64,000 bases of DNA from NCBI GenBank assembly GCA_964016885.1, contig OZ024746.1, positions 46,066,001 through 46,130,000 of the forward strand, in the 5' to 3' direction. Of the stretch, positions 39,165 to 52,747 are shown in pieces (the stretch's first letter is position 1; every line of letters starts with the position of its first letter). The notes under the pieces were generated by a model. That model saw only the letters and a program-made list of their open reading frames with translations. It was not told the DNA's origin and did not search any database. This DNA is from Eledone cirrhosa (Eukaryota). The position numbers and the translations under genes are program-made.

Positions 39165-39609
39165 TAACCATATGATTAGTTCACTCAGCTATCAGATAGA
39201 TACTATAATTATCTGGATATTCTACAGATAATAAAATTAGTATACATTCAAGGAAAGATTTTTATCTAATGCACCTGAGACTTTTCCTATATATCTCGAT
39301 AAACTGCTTAAGGATTAACAAACCCATATAAATAGCTATCCACTACTAAACATTAGTTTCCTCCAGCACAAAAAATATTGTAAAATTAATATACTTTGAG
39401 AATGCAAAGTGACAAAATGTGAGAAATAATTCAATAAAAATGGTTTAATTAAACTAGATAAGAGCAATGAAACAGGGAGAGGACACTAGTCTGCACCTAT
39501 CTCCTCCATGCACGTTCTTCCATCTTAGTACCCCTCCCCCTAACCATTAGATTACTCTCATTCAGTTCACCCATCCTCATCCTGCATACTATCAAAAAAG
39601 CACCTAGTC

Positions 39610-39820
39610 TATCCTGTTAGGTAGTCATTCTGGTGCCATAATAAAAAACACCCAGTCCACACTGTAATGTAGTTGGCATCAGGAAGGGTATCCAGTCATA
39701 GAAATCAAGCCCCAAACAAGTCTGTATGAACAAGACATAGTCACCTCATAATGTGACAACCTATCTAACCAATGCACACATGGAAAACAGACATTAAACA
39801 GTGAGGATGATGACGATGAA
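39610..39820 (+). mobile_element. Old RTE 3' end fragment
   Basis: ggcatcaggaagggtatccag..gaaatcaagcc..gacattaaac and a degenerate (GAT)n tail. Confidence 0.55.
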
Positions 39821-40072
39821 GGCAGAAAATAAAGAAATGTTTAGTATCTAACAGTAGAAATGCCTGGATTATGAAAACAGGCTGTGCTGGAAAATAGTTT
39901 AAATTGATTTTAAGTCTTATTTTATAAAAATATGACAAATAAACAGGACAGGAAAATTATAAATAGTGCCAAAAATGCTTAAGAATAAAAAACATGTATT
40001 CTGAATATACATTAAAATGCAGTCTGAGATCAATTTGATCAGTTCAAGGATAAGAATACTTAATATACTTAC

Positions 40073-40189
40073 GTTGTATCTGGCAGTCTCAGAAAACTCT
40101 GAAATTTCATTTAAGGTTGACATTGAATTAGAAGGCTCTGAACCACGTAGAAGATCTGGTTTTCCAAATAATGTTGTACTCTTTGGTAT
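40073..40189 (-). CDS. Receptor guanylyl cyclase exon, juxtamembrane region: IPKSTTLFGKPDLLRGSEPSNSMSTLNEISEFSETARYN
   Basis: atatttcag|ATA...AAC|gtaagt; 117 nt, open in phase 0; ARYN|GD junction is typical of the start of the kinase-homology domain. Confidence 0.82.
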
Positions 40190-40989
40190 CTGAAATATAT
40201 ATTAGTTGAAGTTGTAGAAAAGAATCATAACATCAAAATTAATTCTATAATCAACACTCAAAAGCATAAGAAATCAAACACAAAAGTATTGATGACAAAT
40301 ATAATATCTAACATTGAAAACATGGAAAAAGTATTGCAGGTACATGTTTGGTACTTAGTTTATTTACCAATGGAAGAATGAAATAAAAAGCTCACAGGCA
40401 GGTTTTGAACTTTGAACAAGAAGAAAAAAAGATGTAATGAAATACCACAAGGCATCTGTCAAATCAATTTTGCTCAAGTGACATCAAGCTTTATACTACA
40501 AATCTTGGAAATAGCTATAACATACAGGAAACATCTAACCAAAAAAAAAAAAAGGAGAGCAATGTGGTTGGTTGAAATAGCAAACAGATCTCTCTCTAAT
40601 CCCTCTTTAAACATCTTAAGCTTTTTATTACTGTATTTCTGTGTTTCACTTCCTTTTGGAGAGTTTAGTAAAATAATAAAGGTTTTCATTTGTAAGCTGA
40701 TATTTAGAAGATAGAAGGATTTAATATTAATATAAACATTATAATTTAAGCAGTTTTGTATCTTAAAAGCAAAATGGTTTCATGTGGTTTGTATCAAAAG
40801 CAATAAACATGGACATGTATTAGAAAATATGATTCAAGTTTTTCTGTAAATAGAAAAAAAATATGTGATGGTCACTGTTGGAGTGCTTTTGATCATAGAT
40901 TTGCTTGATCAGTATTGACTCGTGGTTAAACGAAAAAAAAGCAATAATGAAACAGAATATTGTATATCATTTATATAAACTAGGGCAGT

Positions 40990-41222
40990 CGATTGGCAGT
41001 ATCGATAGAGCATCAGACACATGAAGGGCCATAAATCTATGCTGCTTTGCAGCATAGATTTATTGCCCTTTATGTTCAGAGTTCAAATCTTGCCGAGGTT
41101 AGCTTTGCCTTTTATCCTTATGGAGCAGATAAAATAAAGCACCAGTAATGCACTGGGGTTATTTAATCGACTTTCCTCTCCCCAAAATTGCTGGCCTTGT
41201 GCCTATAGTAGAAATTATTATT
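40990..41222 (+). mobile_element. Nin/Deu-core SINE
   Basis: Homologous to 33192-33377. Confidence 0.7.
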
Positions 41223-41959
41223 TATATCAACTTGTGTAATCGCATCAGCAACAACGAGGAGTTTTATCGATTATCTATTCAAAATGATAGATGAAACCAT
41301 TGATAAATGTCTTATCTAAACACTTCATACTTTATATTTTGTAATATAATATTACCAAAATGTATTGCTGCATGCAGCCTGTTGTCAAAAATAATGGGTC
41401 ACAAAACCATAAGAAATGACAGCTTCTTTACTTATAACATTTATCCTGGTTCACTGAAAGCTTTACTGCTAATTATAATAAATCAATTAAAAATGATGAC
41501 CCAATATTGCATAATATTACACTGAAAGGTTTACAGTAATTATCATTATTCCAGAAATTCTTTTATCGCAATATTAATAGAAAAATATGAGTTCTATAAA
41601 ATTTCCTTGTTTTTCATTATTTATCTGTATATTAAGAATGTTCCTATTTCTCACCTTGTCTAAGCCAAAATAATATTATCTCTTATTCCTATCCACTCCC
41701 ATTTTAGTTCTCAATCTCATTCACACTTTCTTTGTTTGCTACTACAGACAATGTGATAAACACCTCATCCTTCTATTCACTTTTTTTTTTCACTTCTTTT
41801 ACTATCATTCACTCTTTATTTGTAGTTTGACAGCTTCCTATTTCAACATTATCCTATATGTGTGACATCAAATAAATACATTTGAAATTATTATATGAGG
41901 ATAAATCATTCAAAGCATAATCTATAAAAACTATGAATTAGAAAAAGACTAGCAACAAC

Positions 41960-42449
41960 ACAGGACCAAGATCTCTGGTGTTATGCAGTAATACAGAAGG
42001 CCCACCTTCCCATGAGCACAAACCGAAGCATACATCTAGTGTGCACCACCTTCGCCTCCATCCCACTTTCCATACACCTCACACATCCTAACACTTCACT
42101 TATGTCTTAACACTCTGCCTCTCACACACACCCCTATACCTACCTCCCCAATTCCAACACACCTCCCCACCAAAGCCCCCAGTCCTCACTGTAAACTGGT
42201 CGTTTTTCAGCCATGACAAAAAGTACCCAGCTCATATTGTAAACTGGTTGTGTTGGTATCACAACAAAAAGCACCCAGCACACACTATAAATGTGGTTGG
42301 TATTTGGAAGGACATCCAACCATGGAAACCAATACAGAAACAGTCTTGTATGAGCAAGATATGGTCACCTGACCAGCTCGGCTTAAATAGGACAACCTAT
42401 CTAACCCATGCAGGTTTGGAAAATGGACGTTAAATGATGATGTGATGAT
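41960..42449 (+). mobile_element. Old RTE 3' fragment
   Basis: ccaagatctctggtgttatgcagtaatacagaag..ggacgttaaatgatgat. Confidence 0.65.
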
Positions 42450-43203
42450 ATACTGGTATCTACCTGTCTATGGTAGAACCAATATGGCTGTTAGAACTAC
42501 ATGCAGTGCTGAAGTAATTATTCCAACAGGATCAGGTGATGACAATTCTTGTTTTTGTTGTTGGCTTTCATCATATTGAATTCCATTGTGCATTCTAAAT
42601 GAGCTACAGAATCATATATATATGTACATGTTGAACAATGAAAACAAAAGGCAAAGTTTAGTGCTTAATCAGTTAATTGTTTTATGATGTTTCAGAAGGC
42701 CGATTGATCATGATAAATCGATATAGTGACTAATTGATAGTAGTTATGTAACTCCATATTATTAGTCTCAATACTCCAAATACATCCTGCCTTACTTATA
42801 AATGAAGGTACAGAATTGGCAGAATTGTTACAGCATTGAACAAAATTGTTTTATAGTGTATCTTCCAGTCCTTAACATTCTGAGTTCACCTGTGAACTGG
42901 TACCAAGCTGTATTAATACATGCTCTTCCTTTAGACAACATTAGTGGCATGAAGGGAGGACTCTAGCATCCATGGACAACTGTTGGTCTTCCATAAAAAA
43001 ATACCTTGCTCTTCATCACAGCGGAAATGTTCAAGTGCAGATACATGATTGACCCCAGCTGGTATTGAATAATATGCATGTAATATGTCAGTAATACTGA
43101 TTTATAAAACAGAATGTAGCATATATTCAACTTTATTGAGCATGGAAAGCAAATTCAACTTATGGGTTTTGAATTAAGAACATAACTAGCTATAAGTATC
43201 ATA

Positions 43204-43640
43204 TCATCATCATCATTTCATTTTACGTCCGCTTTTCCCTGCTTGCAAGGGTGGGACGGGAACTGATTCTGGCTTGATTTCTACAGCTGGATGCCCTTCC
43301 TAACACCAACCTCATTTACAGTGAGTGTTGGGTGCTTTTTTTCCATGGCGCCTACACGTCCACTTTACAGTGTGGGCTGGGTGCTTTTTTTCCGTGGCGC
43401 CTACACGTCCACTTTACAGTGTGGGCTGGGTGCTTTTTTGCCATGGCACCTCCACGACCACTCTACAGTGGAATGATATGGACCCCAGTCCCTATTATCT
43501 CATTTCTACAGCTGAGTAAACTGGAGCAATGTGAAATAAAGTGTCTTGCTCAAGGAAACAACACAACACCCGGTCTGAGAATTGAACTCACAACCTTTTG
43601 ATTGCAAGGCCAATGCTCTAACCACTAAGCCATGTGCCTC
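43204..43640 (-). mobile_element. tRNA-derived SINE with RTE tail and an internal duplication of about 48 bp
   Basis: Same family as 21210-21562; the tttacagtgtgggctgggtgctttttt unit is repeated. Confidence 0.8.
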
Positions 43641-44091
43641 CATGCAAATATATGCAAATATACGCTGAGTTTCTATTTTAGGTCTGAGAAACCCAGCATA
43701 TAAGTTGAGGCTGCTAATTAACACTTTATATTTAGATGATGTGGTTTTGAAATTCTCATGAGTGGAGAATATATTTATAAAGTTTTAATATTTTGATATT
43801 TAAAATGTTTACAGTGTTATTTAGAGTATTTTATTTTATTTTTTTCACATAAAAACAATAGGAAAAACAAATTCTCACCTCCAGATTGAAACTGGTGTAA
43901 TATTCACCTTGAAAGCAAAAATATTTTAGCACCTCATTTATGTAGAATTTGAAGTTAGTGAAAATCAGCAAATAATTAACCTTGAATATAAGTACCCTCT
44001 CTTTTACTACCAAACTTTTTTGTCACATATTTCTCGGTTTATATATATTTTGTCTGACACTTTGCTGATTCTACCAATCAGCAATCATATA

Positions 44092-44263
44092 CAGGTAAAA
44101 TTCCATTATAACGAATCATATAACGAATTTTTCACGATAACAACATTTTTTCAATTCCCAGCCACACGTTCAATGTGTTAGGTCCATCTTGTTATAAAGA
44201 ATTTTTCGTTACAACAAATATTTTTGTATACCCATTGAATTTCATTATAATGGAATTTCACTG
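44092..44263. mobile_element. Tigger-like MITE
   Basis: TA|caggtaaaattccattataacgaa ... ttcattataatggaatttcactg|TA. Confidence 0.65.
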
Positions 44264-44270
44264 TATAAAC

Positions 44271-45400
44271 CAATAACTGTTTCTACTTTTGGCACAAGGC
44301 CAGCAATTACCAGTGCATTACTGGTACTTTATTTTATCGACCCCGTAAGGATGAAAGCAAAGTTAACCTCGAACCAATAACATTCAAATAACAAGATCAA
44401 ATTTTTTTATTATTAAATATTTAAAATAAACTTTGATGGAGTGCAAACTTTTAATTTAAATGAACATGTGTGTTTAGAATAATGTGGCAATTAAAAATTA
44501 AAAATTGAATTAGAAGTTTGTATTATATTTTGACTACAGAAAATAGTCTAATAACAGGGCATAGAACCCACCTTAACAGAAACAGAATGGGCATCAGCAC
44601 ATGTGGAAATCATACCCACATGTCTTATAGCTAAGAATTAATCATAATAGATCAGTGTACTCTTTAGGCCTGAGGCCAACTTTGCCTTTCGTCCATTTGA
44701 GGTTGATAAAAAAGTACCAAGATAGTACTGGAGTCAATTCTTCCCTTATATCTCTTTCTCACTTCCTTTCTCTCACCCTGTATCCTGGTCTGGTAGAAAT
44801 CTGCTGTATTTAGACCTGGAGAGGAGATGGGCTTTGCCTAGTTTAAAAAGCCTCCAGAAACGCTGTATATTATTATTGTGTCCCTATGACTCCCTTAGAA
44901 GTTATGGGACTATACATACATACAAATATAATTGTTTCTACTTTTGGCACAAGGCCAGAAATTACCCAGTGCATTACTGGTACTTTATTTTATCGACCCC
45001 ATAAGGATGAAAGCCAAAGTTAACCTTGGCAGGATTTGAACTCAGAATGGAAAGGGCCATACCTCTACATGTCAAAACATGGCGTCCGACCCTCTACCGA
45101 TACTGCCAATCCACCACCATACATATAAATATAATTGTTTCTACGTTAGGCACAAGGCCAGCAATTACCCAGTGCATTACTGGTACTTTATTTTATCGAC
45201 CCCGTAAGGATGAAAGGCAAAGTTCTACTACTTGGGATAAGTAAATTCTATATCTCTTTTCACTCTATCCTTACCTGGAAGAAATCTACTGTATTCATAT
45301 CTAGAGAGGAGATAGGCTCTGCAAGGTTTAAAAAAGAATGCCCTAGAAATACCATATGTCAATATAGTGCACCTATGATTCCCTCAGGAGTTACAGGTCC
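44271..45400. mobile_element. Cluster of Nin/Deu-core SINE copies and fragments in both orientations
   Basis: ctggtactttattttatcgaccccgtaaggatgaaag near 44320, 44978 and 45180; a second tail type (gaaatctgctgta..ggagaggagatgggct) at 44796, 45280 and 55998. Confidence 0.7.
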
Positions 45401-46105
45401 CCCCAAAAATAGTACTCTTTAGGGCTAAAAATTGCACCAGTTGTGGAGACCTTAGAAAAAAATCATGAAAATTTGTATTTCTTCACTGGAGGCAAAACGC
45501 TTTCAAATATAAAATATACTGCAGAATATTTAAAAGGATAACATTTTAGTGGTGTTACCATGTATACGATAATGCAACTGTTATACCGTCATTCTGGATA
45601 GCTTTCTAGCTAAAAATCAAGCCCAGAACTAAACTTATCAATCTCATAAGTTAGAGCCTGCAGTCTTTTTCAGCATTGATCTACAAGATAGAATTAAATT
45701 AGTCTGACATTCAACCTACAAGCATTTGAATTCAGAACAGTGTGTCATTACATTAGATATATATATATTAAAAAAAAAAATTCTTTGACTTTCTAATGCC
45801 TGAAATAGCTTTACAACACTTAGAAAGTGCAATATATCAACAATATATATCATCATCACCATCGTCATCATATATAAGATATATTTTTAAAATGAATATT
45901 CACTCAATAGTTTCACATATACTATTGCATACACACACACATATATATATATGTGTATGTATACTTCATTTTTGTATTTGTTTTGCAAGATTTCTCATCT
46001 GAAAACGTGTGCTGAAACAGATATTATACGTAGAGAGGGTCATGCTGTCAGTAAAAACATATGCCTCTGTTGGTTTTCACTTCAAAGTATAACAATATAT
46101 ATATA

Positions 46106-46997
46106 CAGGGTGCAGACGATATTTGTTCACAAGATGACTGTCTAGGAAAAAATAACACAGTAGTTTTATTTTTTAAGATTTATTTATCAAACTTGGGTCA
46201 GTTTGTCTTCATGGCTTGTTCTTTCGATCTCACTTGATAAACTCGCCATTGGATTTGATGACGGCCTCAAGGCAGCCTCGGAACCGGCTACAGGCCTTCG
46301 TCACTGTCCCCTGACTTAGGCCCCTAAAGGCACTTGTGATCCTGGCCTTCAGATCGTCTTTCGTATTTCAGCTAGATCTGTTGGTGCCTCATTCCACTGC
46401 GCCCCACACAAAAAAATCGAGGGTGTTGCAGTCAGGCGAGCTGGGAGGCCAGATGTCAGGTGAACTGTGGTCGACGAAGTTCTCTGACAGCCAGGCTTGG
46501 GTCTTTCGGCTGATATGGCAGGGCGCTGAGTCTTGCTGCCACACGTAAGGCCTACCTGCAGCTACCTGGTTGATCCAGGGCTTTACTACCGCGCCCAGAA
46601 CGCGGATGTAGCCATCGGTGTTCAGCTTGAGGCCCTCAGGGAAGAAGTGAAGTGGTACAACGTCACCTTGACTGCTGACGCCACTTAAGACCAATGTTGT
46701 CGCTGGAAACTTTGTCTGCATGACTCTGGGCACGTCTTTGGATGAGACAGCGAGCCACCTGTTGATCTGGGAGTTGAACTTCTGGTCTTATTTGTCCTTC
46801 CGGCGCGGATTCCAAGAAGAATTCCGTGTCTCTTCCACAAATTTGGAGGTTCAAAATTATTCATAATCAATTATTCTGAAAATAAATAATGGAAATTTAG
46901 TCACTGTTTTTATGAAGACAAGAGTGACAACAGAAGTAAAAAAAATTTGCATAAAATTAGCAGTTGAAAATTGCGAACAAATATCGTCCACACCCTG
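46106..46997 (-). mobile_element. Internally deleted Tc1/mariner DD37D (maT) transposon
   Basis: TA|cagggtgcagacgatatttgttcacaa ... ttgcgaacaaatatcgtccacaccctg|TA; WQQDSAPCH...WPPSSPDCNTLD with 37 residues between the second and third catalytic D. Confidence 0.88.
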
Positions 46998-47014
46998 TAT
47001 ATATATATATAAAA

Positions 47015-47342
47015 GCGTTAACCTAATATATTTCTTCCATATACAGTACCGATTGTGTTGTTATTTCTGTTTACCTTTTACATACATATATATAAGAGAT
47101 GTCAACATGACTGGACCTGTTATTTTTATCTAAAGACATTTTTTCCAATTCCAAGCCGCCCATCCCCACAATCTATCTTATTTCTCATTCTTTCTTCTGA
47201 TGAAGGAAAGGTGTCCAAAACGTTATGACCCTCTTCCTACTATATCAAGTGTTAACCTAATATATCCCTTCTATACATTAACATAATATATTCCTTCCAT
47301 ATACTGTACCGATTGTGTTGTTATTTCTGTTTACCTTTTATA
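47015..47342 (+). mobile_element. Partially tandem short element with a minimal hammerhead-like motif at 47193-47228
   Basis: Direct repeat gttaacctaatata..gtaccgattgtgttgttatttctgtttacctttta at both ends; TCTT-CTGATGA-A-GGA-aaggtg-TCC-AAAA-CGTT-ATGA. Confidence 0.6.
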
Positions 47343-47343
47343 T

Positions 47344-47389
<46 letters not shown>

Positions 47390-47743
47390 CGTAAAATAAG
47401 AAAATTATAAAATTAACTTACTTACTAAAATATCACTTCCAACTAATTAGTTTCTGAAATGGAATAAATATACTTTCAGAAGAAAACATGGAGAATCATT
47501 TCGTCGTCAGGGAAGACTATTCTCATCTAAGTATCCAGGCAAAGCGTGGACTCTGGAAACTTATTCAAAAATAATTCAGTGGATAGAAAATAGCAAAGCG
47601 TGGACTGAATTCCTAGCCATTGAGAAAATCACTGCCTAAAGTTACTAAGACAAAACCTATATATTTGCTAGCATTGATATGCATCTGTATGTATATATAT
47701 GTTACTAGATATTAATTCTTTATATATATATATATATGTATAT

Positions 47744-48248
47744 ATTAGTATTGGTGCTCTGAAATAGTGATGTATGTATGAACATATAGTATGAACATAT
47801 ATGTATGTACATATAGTATATTTGATAATATACAGTATGTTTATTTTAAAACATTTTGAAGACCATTCGCTATGAGTTTTAAAGTAGTGACTACGTCACT
47901 TACTTGGTCTCGGTAAAAGCAAAGGGAAGAAATCGACAGCCGTATCTTGCTCGTTAGCGGTTGTCAAGAATACATATCCCTTCGCTTCTGCCAAGAGTTA
48001 TAGAAACTGGATTCTTATAGAATTCCAGTGATGTTGAAATGCTGATAAAAAAGTGCGGTAGGCAGTCCAGCAAAAATTAGGAATTAGTATTGGTGCTCTG
48101 AAATAGTTTAATAGTGACTACTTTAAAATGTAGTCAATACTTTCAAACTCATAGCAAATGGTCTTCAAAATGTTTTTCAATAAACATACAGTATATTATC
48201 AAATATACTATACATACATCCATCGCTATTTCAAGCACCAATACTAAT
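47744..48248. mobile_element. MITE / fold-back element with long imperfect TIRs (about 120-150 bp)
   Basis: attagtattggtgctctgaaatagtgatg...gtagtgactac versus gtagtcaatac...atttcaagcaccaatactaat. Confidence 0.7.
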
Positions 48249-48253
48249 TACCA

Positions 48254-48289
<36 letters not shown>

Positions 48290-48291
<2 letters not shown>

Positions 48292-48951
48292 ACAATGTTA
48301 CATGGTAGTGAGACCTGGGCGCTGAAGGTGGAAGACTTACGTAGATTAGAAAGAAACGAAGCCTGCATGCTCCAATGCATGTGTAATATACGCGAACGAC
48401 AAACCATAAATAAATTCAGAGAGAGACTGAGCATAAGAGGAATCAAATGCTGTGTGCAGGAGAGGCGGTTGCGTTGGTATGGATATGTGATGCGTATGAA
48501 GGATGACAGCTGCATAAAAAGGTGCAGAGCACTAGAAGTCAATGGAAACCGCGGAGTGGGGATACTCAAGAAGACCTGGGATGAGGTGATAAAAGCCGAC
48601 CTTACCCAATTACACCTCTCAAAGGCGATGACACACGACCGTGACCTCTGGCGTCACGCAGTAATACAGAGTACCCGACCTCCCATGAGTACAAGCTGAA
48701 GCATATAGACAATATGCCCCCACACCCTCCCACTGTAAAGTGGACGTGTAGCCGCCACGGAAAAAAGCACCCAGCACTCACTGTAATGAGGTTGGTGTTA
48801 GGAAGGGCATCCAGCTGTAGAAATCAAGCCAAAATCAGTTCTGTATGAGCAAGGCATGGTCAGCCGACCAGACACTGCCCACAACAGGACAACACATCTA
48901 ACCCATGCTAGCATGGAAGAACGGATGTAAAACGGTGATGATGATGATGAT
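48290..48951 (+). mobile_element. RTE LINE 3' fragment (same subfamily as 5132-7076)
   Basis: MLHGSETWALKVEDLRRLERNE.., 3' UTR and (GAT)n tail. Confidence 0.9.
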
Positions 48952-48956
48952 ACATA

Positions 48957-49124
48957 CCATATTTTTCCTGGCGAAAGACGCTACTTTTTTCCTAAAATAA
49001 GTCTCAAAAATCTACCATGCGTCCTGGAGGCGAAAGATTGTTTATTATTTTTTTTCAAATTTTTGGTTGTCAAAATTAGGGTGTGTCTTTGAGCACAAAG
49101 TGCCTTCGGTGCCAAGAAATACAG
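48957..49124. mobile_element. Tc1/mariner-pogo-type MITE (inverted copy of 4966-5128)
   Basis: TA|ccatatttttcctggcgaaagac ... ccttcggtgccaagaaatacag|TA. Confidence 0.7.
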
Positions 49125-49664
49125 TACATACCACTTTTATTGAGTTCTCTCAGGATTTTATTCTTTGTATGTATTATTACTATATATATATACACACACA
49201 CACATATATATATATACATACACACACAGATATATATGTGTGTGTGTGTGCATGTGTGAGTTAATCTTTCCATTTCACAGTGCTTATTTAATTCATTTGT
49301 GTGTATTTTTAATATTTTTGGCTTATCTCTTCAACATTCCATCTATCTTAGGCTATCAATTATTGAATTGTTTTCATTATCTGATCTAGTATGGCAGAAA
49401 ATAATACATGTATCTAGATTCATTGTCTACAAATACACCTACAAAAAGAATTATTTTTCTTGACAGTAATGGAATTTTTCTGAAAAAAAACTTTAATGAT
49501 AAAATATAGAAAATAAATGAATGGATAAAAATGGTTGGAATGCTATTGTAGATATTAGATAAATGATGATAGCTCTGAAATATTCATCATGATATTGTTT
49601 TGATAAAATAATATAAATAGTGTGAGTGTATATGTATATGTCTATACATACACACACACACACA

Positions 49665-49695
<31 letters not shown>

Positions 49696-49876
49696 GTATA
49701 TATGTGTTTGTGAGTGTGTCTGTGTGTGTGTAAATATGTATATATTTTAATATATATATTTATTAAAATAACAGATTAAAGTTTAAGCAAAGTATCTCTG
49801 CTTTCAACCTTAACGGATTTTAGTCTTCAAATTTATTATTACTATATATTTTATATATATATATTTATATATATAT

Positions 49877-52648
49877 GACAATCACCTGATCACCTATAGA
49901 TCCGGGGAATACACAAGCCAGGTAGATTATATCCTTACCAGAAGACGTGACAGAGTGTCTGTTGTAAACACTAAATCCCTCCCCCATGAAGAATGCACCT
50001 CCCAACATAGACTGATAATTAGCGACCTCATAGTCAGGACGAGACGTACTCGACAGCAGAAGAGGACTATCCTCAGGAGAAAAATATGGAATCTAAAGGA
50101 CCCCACAGCCAGAAATAAATTTCAAAGAATATTACTTGATGCTTTCAACAGTAAGGAAGAGCATTTAGAGTCGGACAATATAGAGGGACAGTGGGAATTT
50201 CTGAAAGCAAACCTGCTGATGGCGACAGACGAAGTCTGTGGCTGGAGCAGGCCTGTAGGCAGGAGGAGAGTAACATGGTGGTGGAACAGTAAGGTGGAGG
50301 GGTCAATTAAGGCCAAAAAGTAGGCTTGGAAAGTAAAGCGGGATGGGGGAAGTAGAGAAGACTATCAAATGGCCAGGAGGGAAGCTAGGAGACAAGTGTA
50401 CTTCGCAAGAAGGGAAGCAGAGGAAAGAAAGTTCAAGCATGTTCTACAACGCGAGGACCAAAAACGTGAGGTGTTCAGGATTGCTAGGCAATGTGTCAAG
50501 GAAAACCGTGATGTTGTCGGAGAGAAGTGTGTACTTAATGATGACGGCGTACTTGCCATCACCGACGCTGATAAGAAGGTAGCTTGGAAGTGTCACTATG
50601 AAAGGCTACTAAATGAGGAGAATAAATGGGAGAAAGACAGTCTCCCCCACATCAACCCAATAGAGGGACCAGCAGTGTTAGTCGAGGGTAGTATAATAAG
50701 TAAGGCAATCAAGGATATGAAGACGGGTAAGGCGGCTGGGCCTTCGGAAATAGTTGCTGAGATGCTGAAGGCATCTGGCACGGTGGGACACACCATGGTC
50801 ACCCGGATAGTTAACCAAGTCATACAGAATGGGGTTGTTCCGAAGGACTGGCATAGCAGCATCATTGTTAACTGTTATAAGGGTAAAGGAGATGCCCTAG
50901 ATAGGAGTAACTATAGAGGCATTAAATTAATCGACCAGGTCATGAAGGTCATGGAAAAAGTAATAGCGCAACTAATCAGAGAGAGAATTGACCTAGATGA
51001 AATGCAGTTCGGGTTTGTGTCAGGCAAAAGTACCACAGACGCTCTTTTCTTTGTACGACAACTACAAGAGAAGTACCTAGCTAAAGGTAAACCCCTCTAC
51101 TTAGCTTTTGTCGACTTGGAGAAAGCCTTCGACAGAGTCCCCCGTTCCATTATCTGGTGGGCCCTTAGAAAACTAGGTGTCGACGAATGGCTTGTGAGAG
51201 CTATACAAGCCATGTATAAAGAAACAGTCAGCAAGGTTAGAATTAACAACGAATATAGTGAAGAGTTTAGCGTAAAAGTTGGCGTCCATCAGGGCTCTGT
51301 TCTCAGCCCCCTACTATTTATTATTGCCCTTCAGGCTATAACAGAGGAGTTCAAGACCGGCTGCCCATGGTAACTCCTATACGCAGACGACCTGACACTC
51401 ATAGCGGAATCAATGGCCGAGCTAGAGAAGAAATTCCAAACATGGAAGCACGGCCTAGAATCAAAAGGACTTAAAATTAACCTGGCTAAGACTAAAGTTC
51501 TAGTTTGTAGGAAAGAAAATAAGGCGGCGGTCCCTTCCGGGAAGTGGCCATGCTCAGTGTGTAGGAAAGGCGTAGGTAGAAACTCCATTTTATGTCCCAA
51601 ATGCAAAGTATGGGTGCATAAAAGATGTAGTGGGATCACAGGTAAGCTAACTAAGAACATAGATTTTACATGTGGCCGGTGCTCTGGTGCAATAAGTAGC
51701 AGCAAGTGCCCACAAAATACTAGCTCTTACAACTGTGTAGAGGGCTCTATAGAAATAGTGGACAGCTTCCGTTACCTGGGTGACAAAATCAGCAGTGGGG
51801 GAGGGTGCTCTGAAAGTACAGTAGCTAGAGTCAGAACTGGATGGAAAAAGTTCAGAGAGCTTATACCACTATTAGCCGCTAAAGGGTTCTCCCTAAAAAT
51901 GAAAGGCAGGTTGTATGATGCCTGCATACGAACAGCAATGTTGCATGGCAGTGAGACCTGGGCATTGTGTGCAGAGGATATACGCAGACTAGAGAGGAAC
52001 GAAGCTTGCATGCTCCGCTGGATGTGTAATAGTAATATACGTGAACGGCAAAGCATAAACGAACTAAGGAAAAAATTAGAAATAAGAGGGATCAGATGTT
52101 GTTTACTCGAGAGAAGGCTACGTTGGTATGGACATGTGATGCGCATGAAAGTTGATAGCTGTATAACAAAGTGCAGGGCAATAAAGATAGACGGTAGCCA
52201 CGGAATAGGCAGACCTAGAAAAACCTGGGACGAGCTGTTAAACTCCGACCTCACACACTTACACCTCTCCAAGACAATGTCACTGGACCGAGACCTTTGG
52301 CGGTACTCAGTAATAGAGAAGATCCGCCTTACCTAAATACATAGTAAAACCTACTACAGCCAGTAGGCATCTCTAACAAAATACACCCCCGTCCCACCAC
52401 CCCCACGTCATCCACACCACCCCCTTCTATGTAAAGTTATGTTGGTGCCACACCATCCAGGCCAAAACAAATGAGATCGTGTAGGTGTCACGACAAATAA
52501 ACACACAGTCCACGCTGTAATGTAGAAAACCTGCCAGACAGTCCTATGCGAGCAAGACTATCACTCTTGCCTCAAGTGGGAATACCCCCGTCCAAACCCA
52601 TGCAAGCGTGGAACACGGACGTTAAACGTTGATGATGATGATGATGAT
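49877..52648 (+). mobile_element. Longest RTE LINE copy: endonuclease C-terminus, RT, PHD finger and 3' UTR; in-frame stops at 50321 and 51371
   Basis: QVDYIL..SQHRL (APE endonuclease end), TWWWN, FVDLEKAFD, QGSVLSP, YADD, C4HC3 finger, (GAT)n tail. Confidence 0.94.
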
Positions 52649-52747
52649 ATATATATAAAAATATATATACATATATACATATATATGTATATATGTATCA
52701 AATGCTATATATCAAATGCTATCAAATGCTATCAAATGCTATATATA

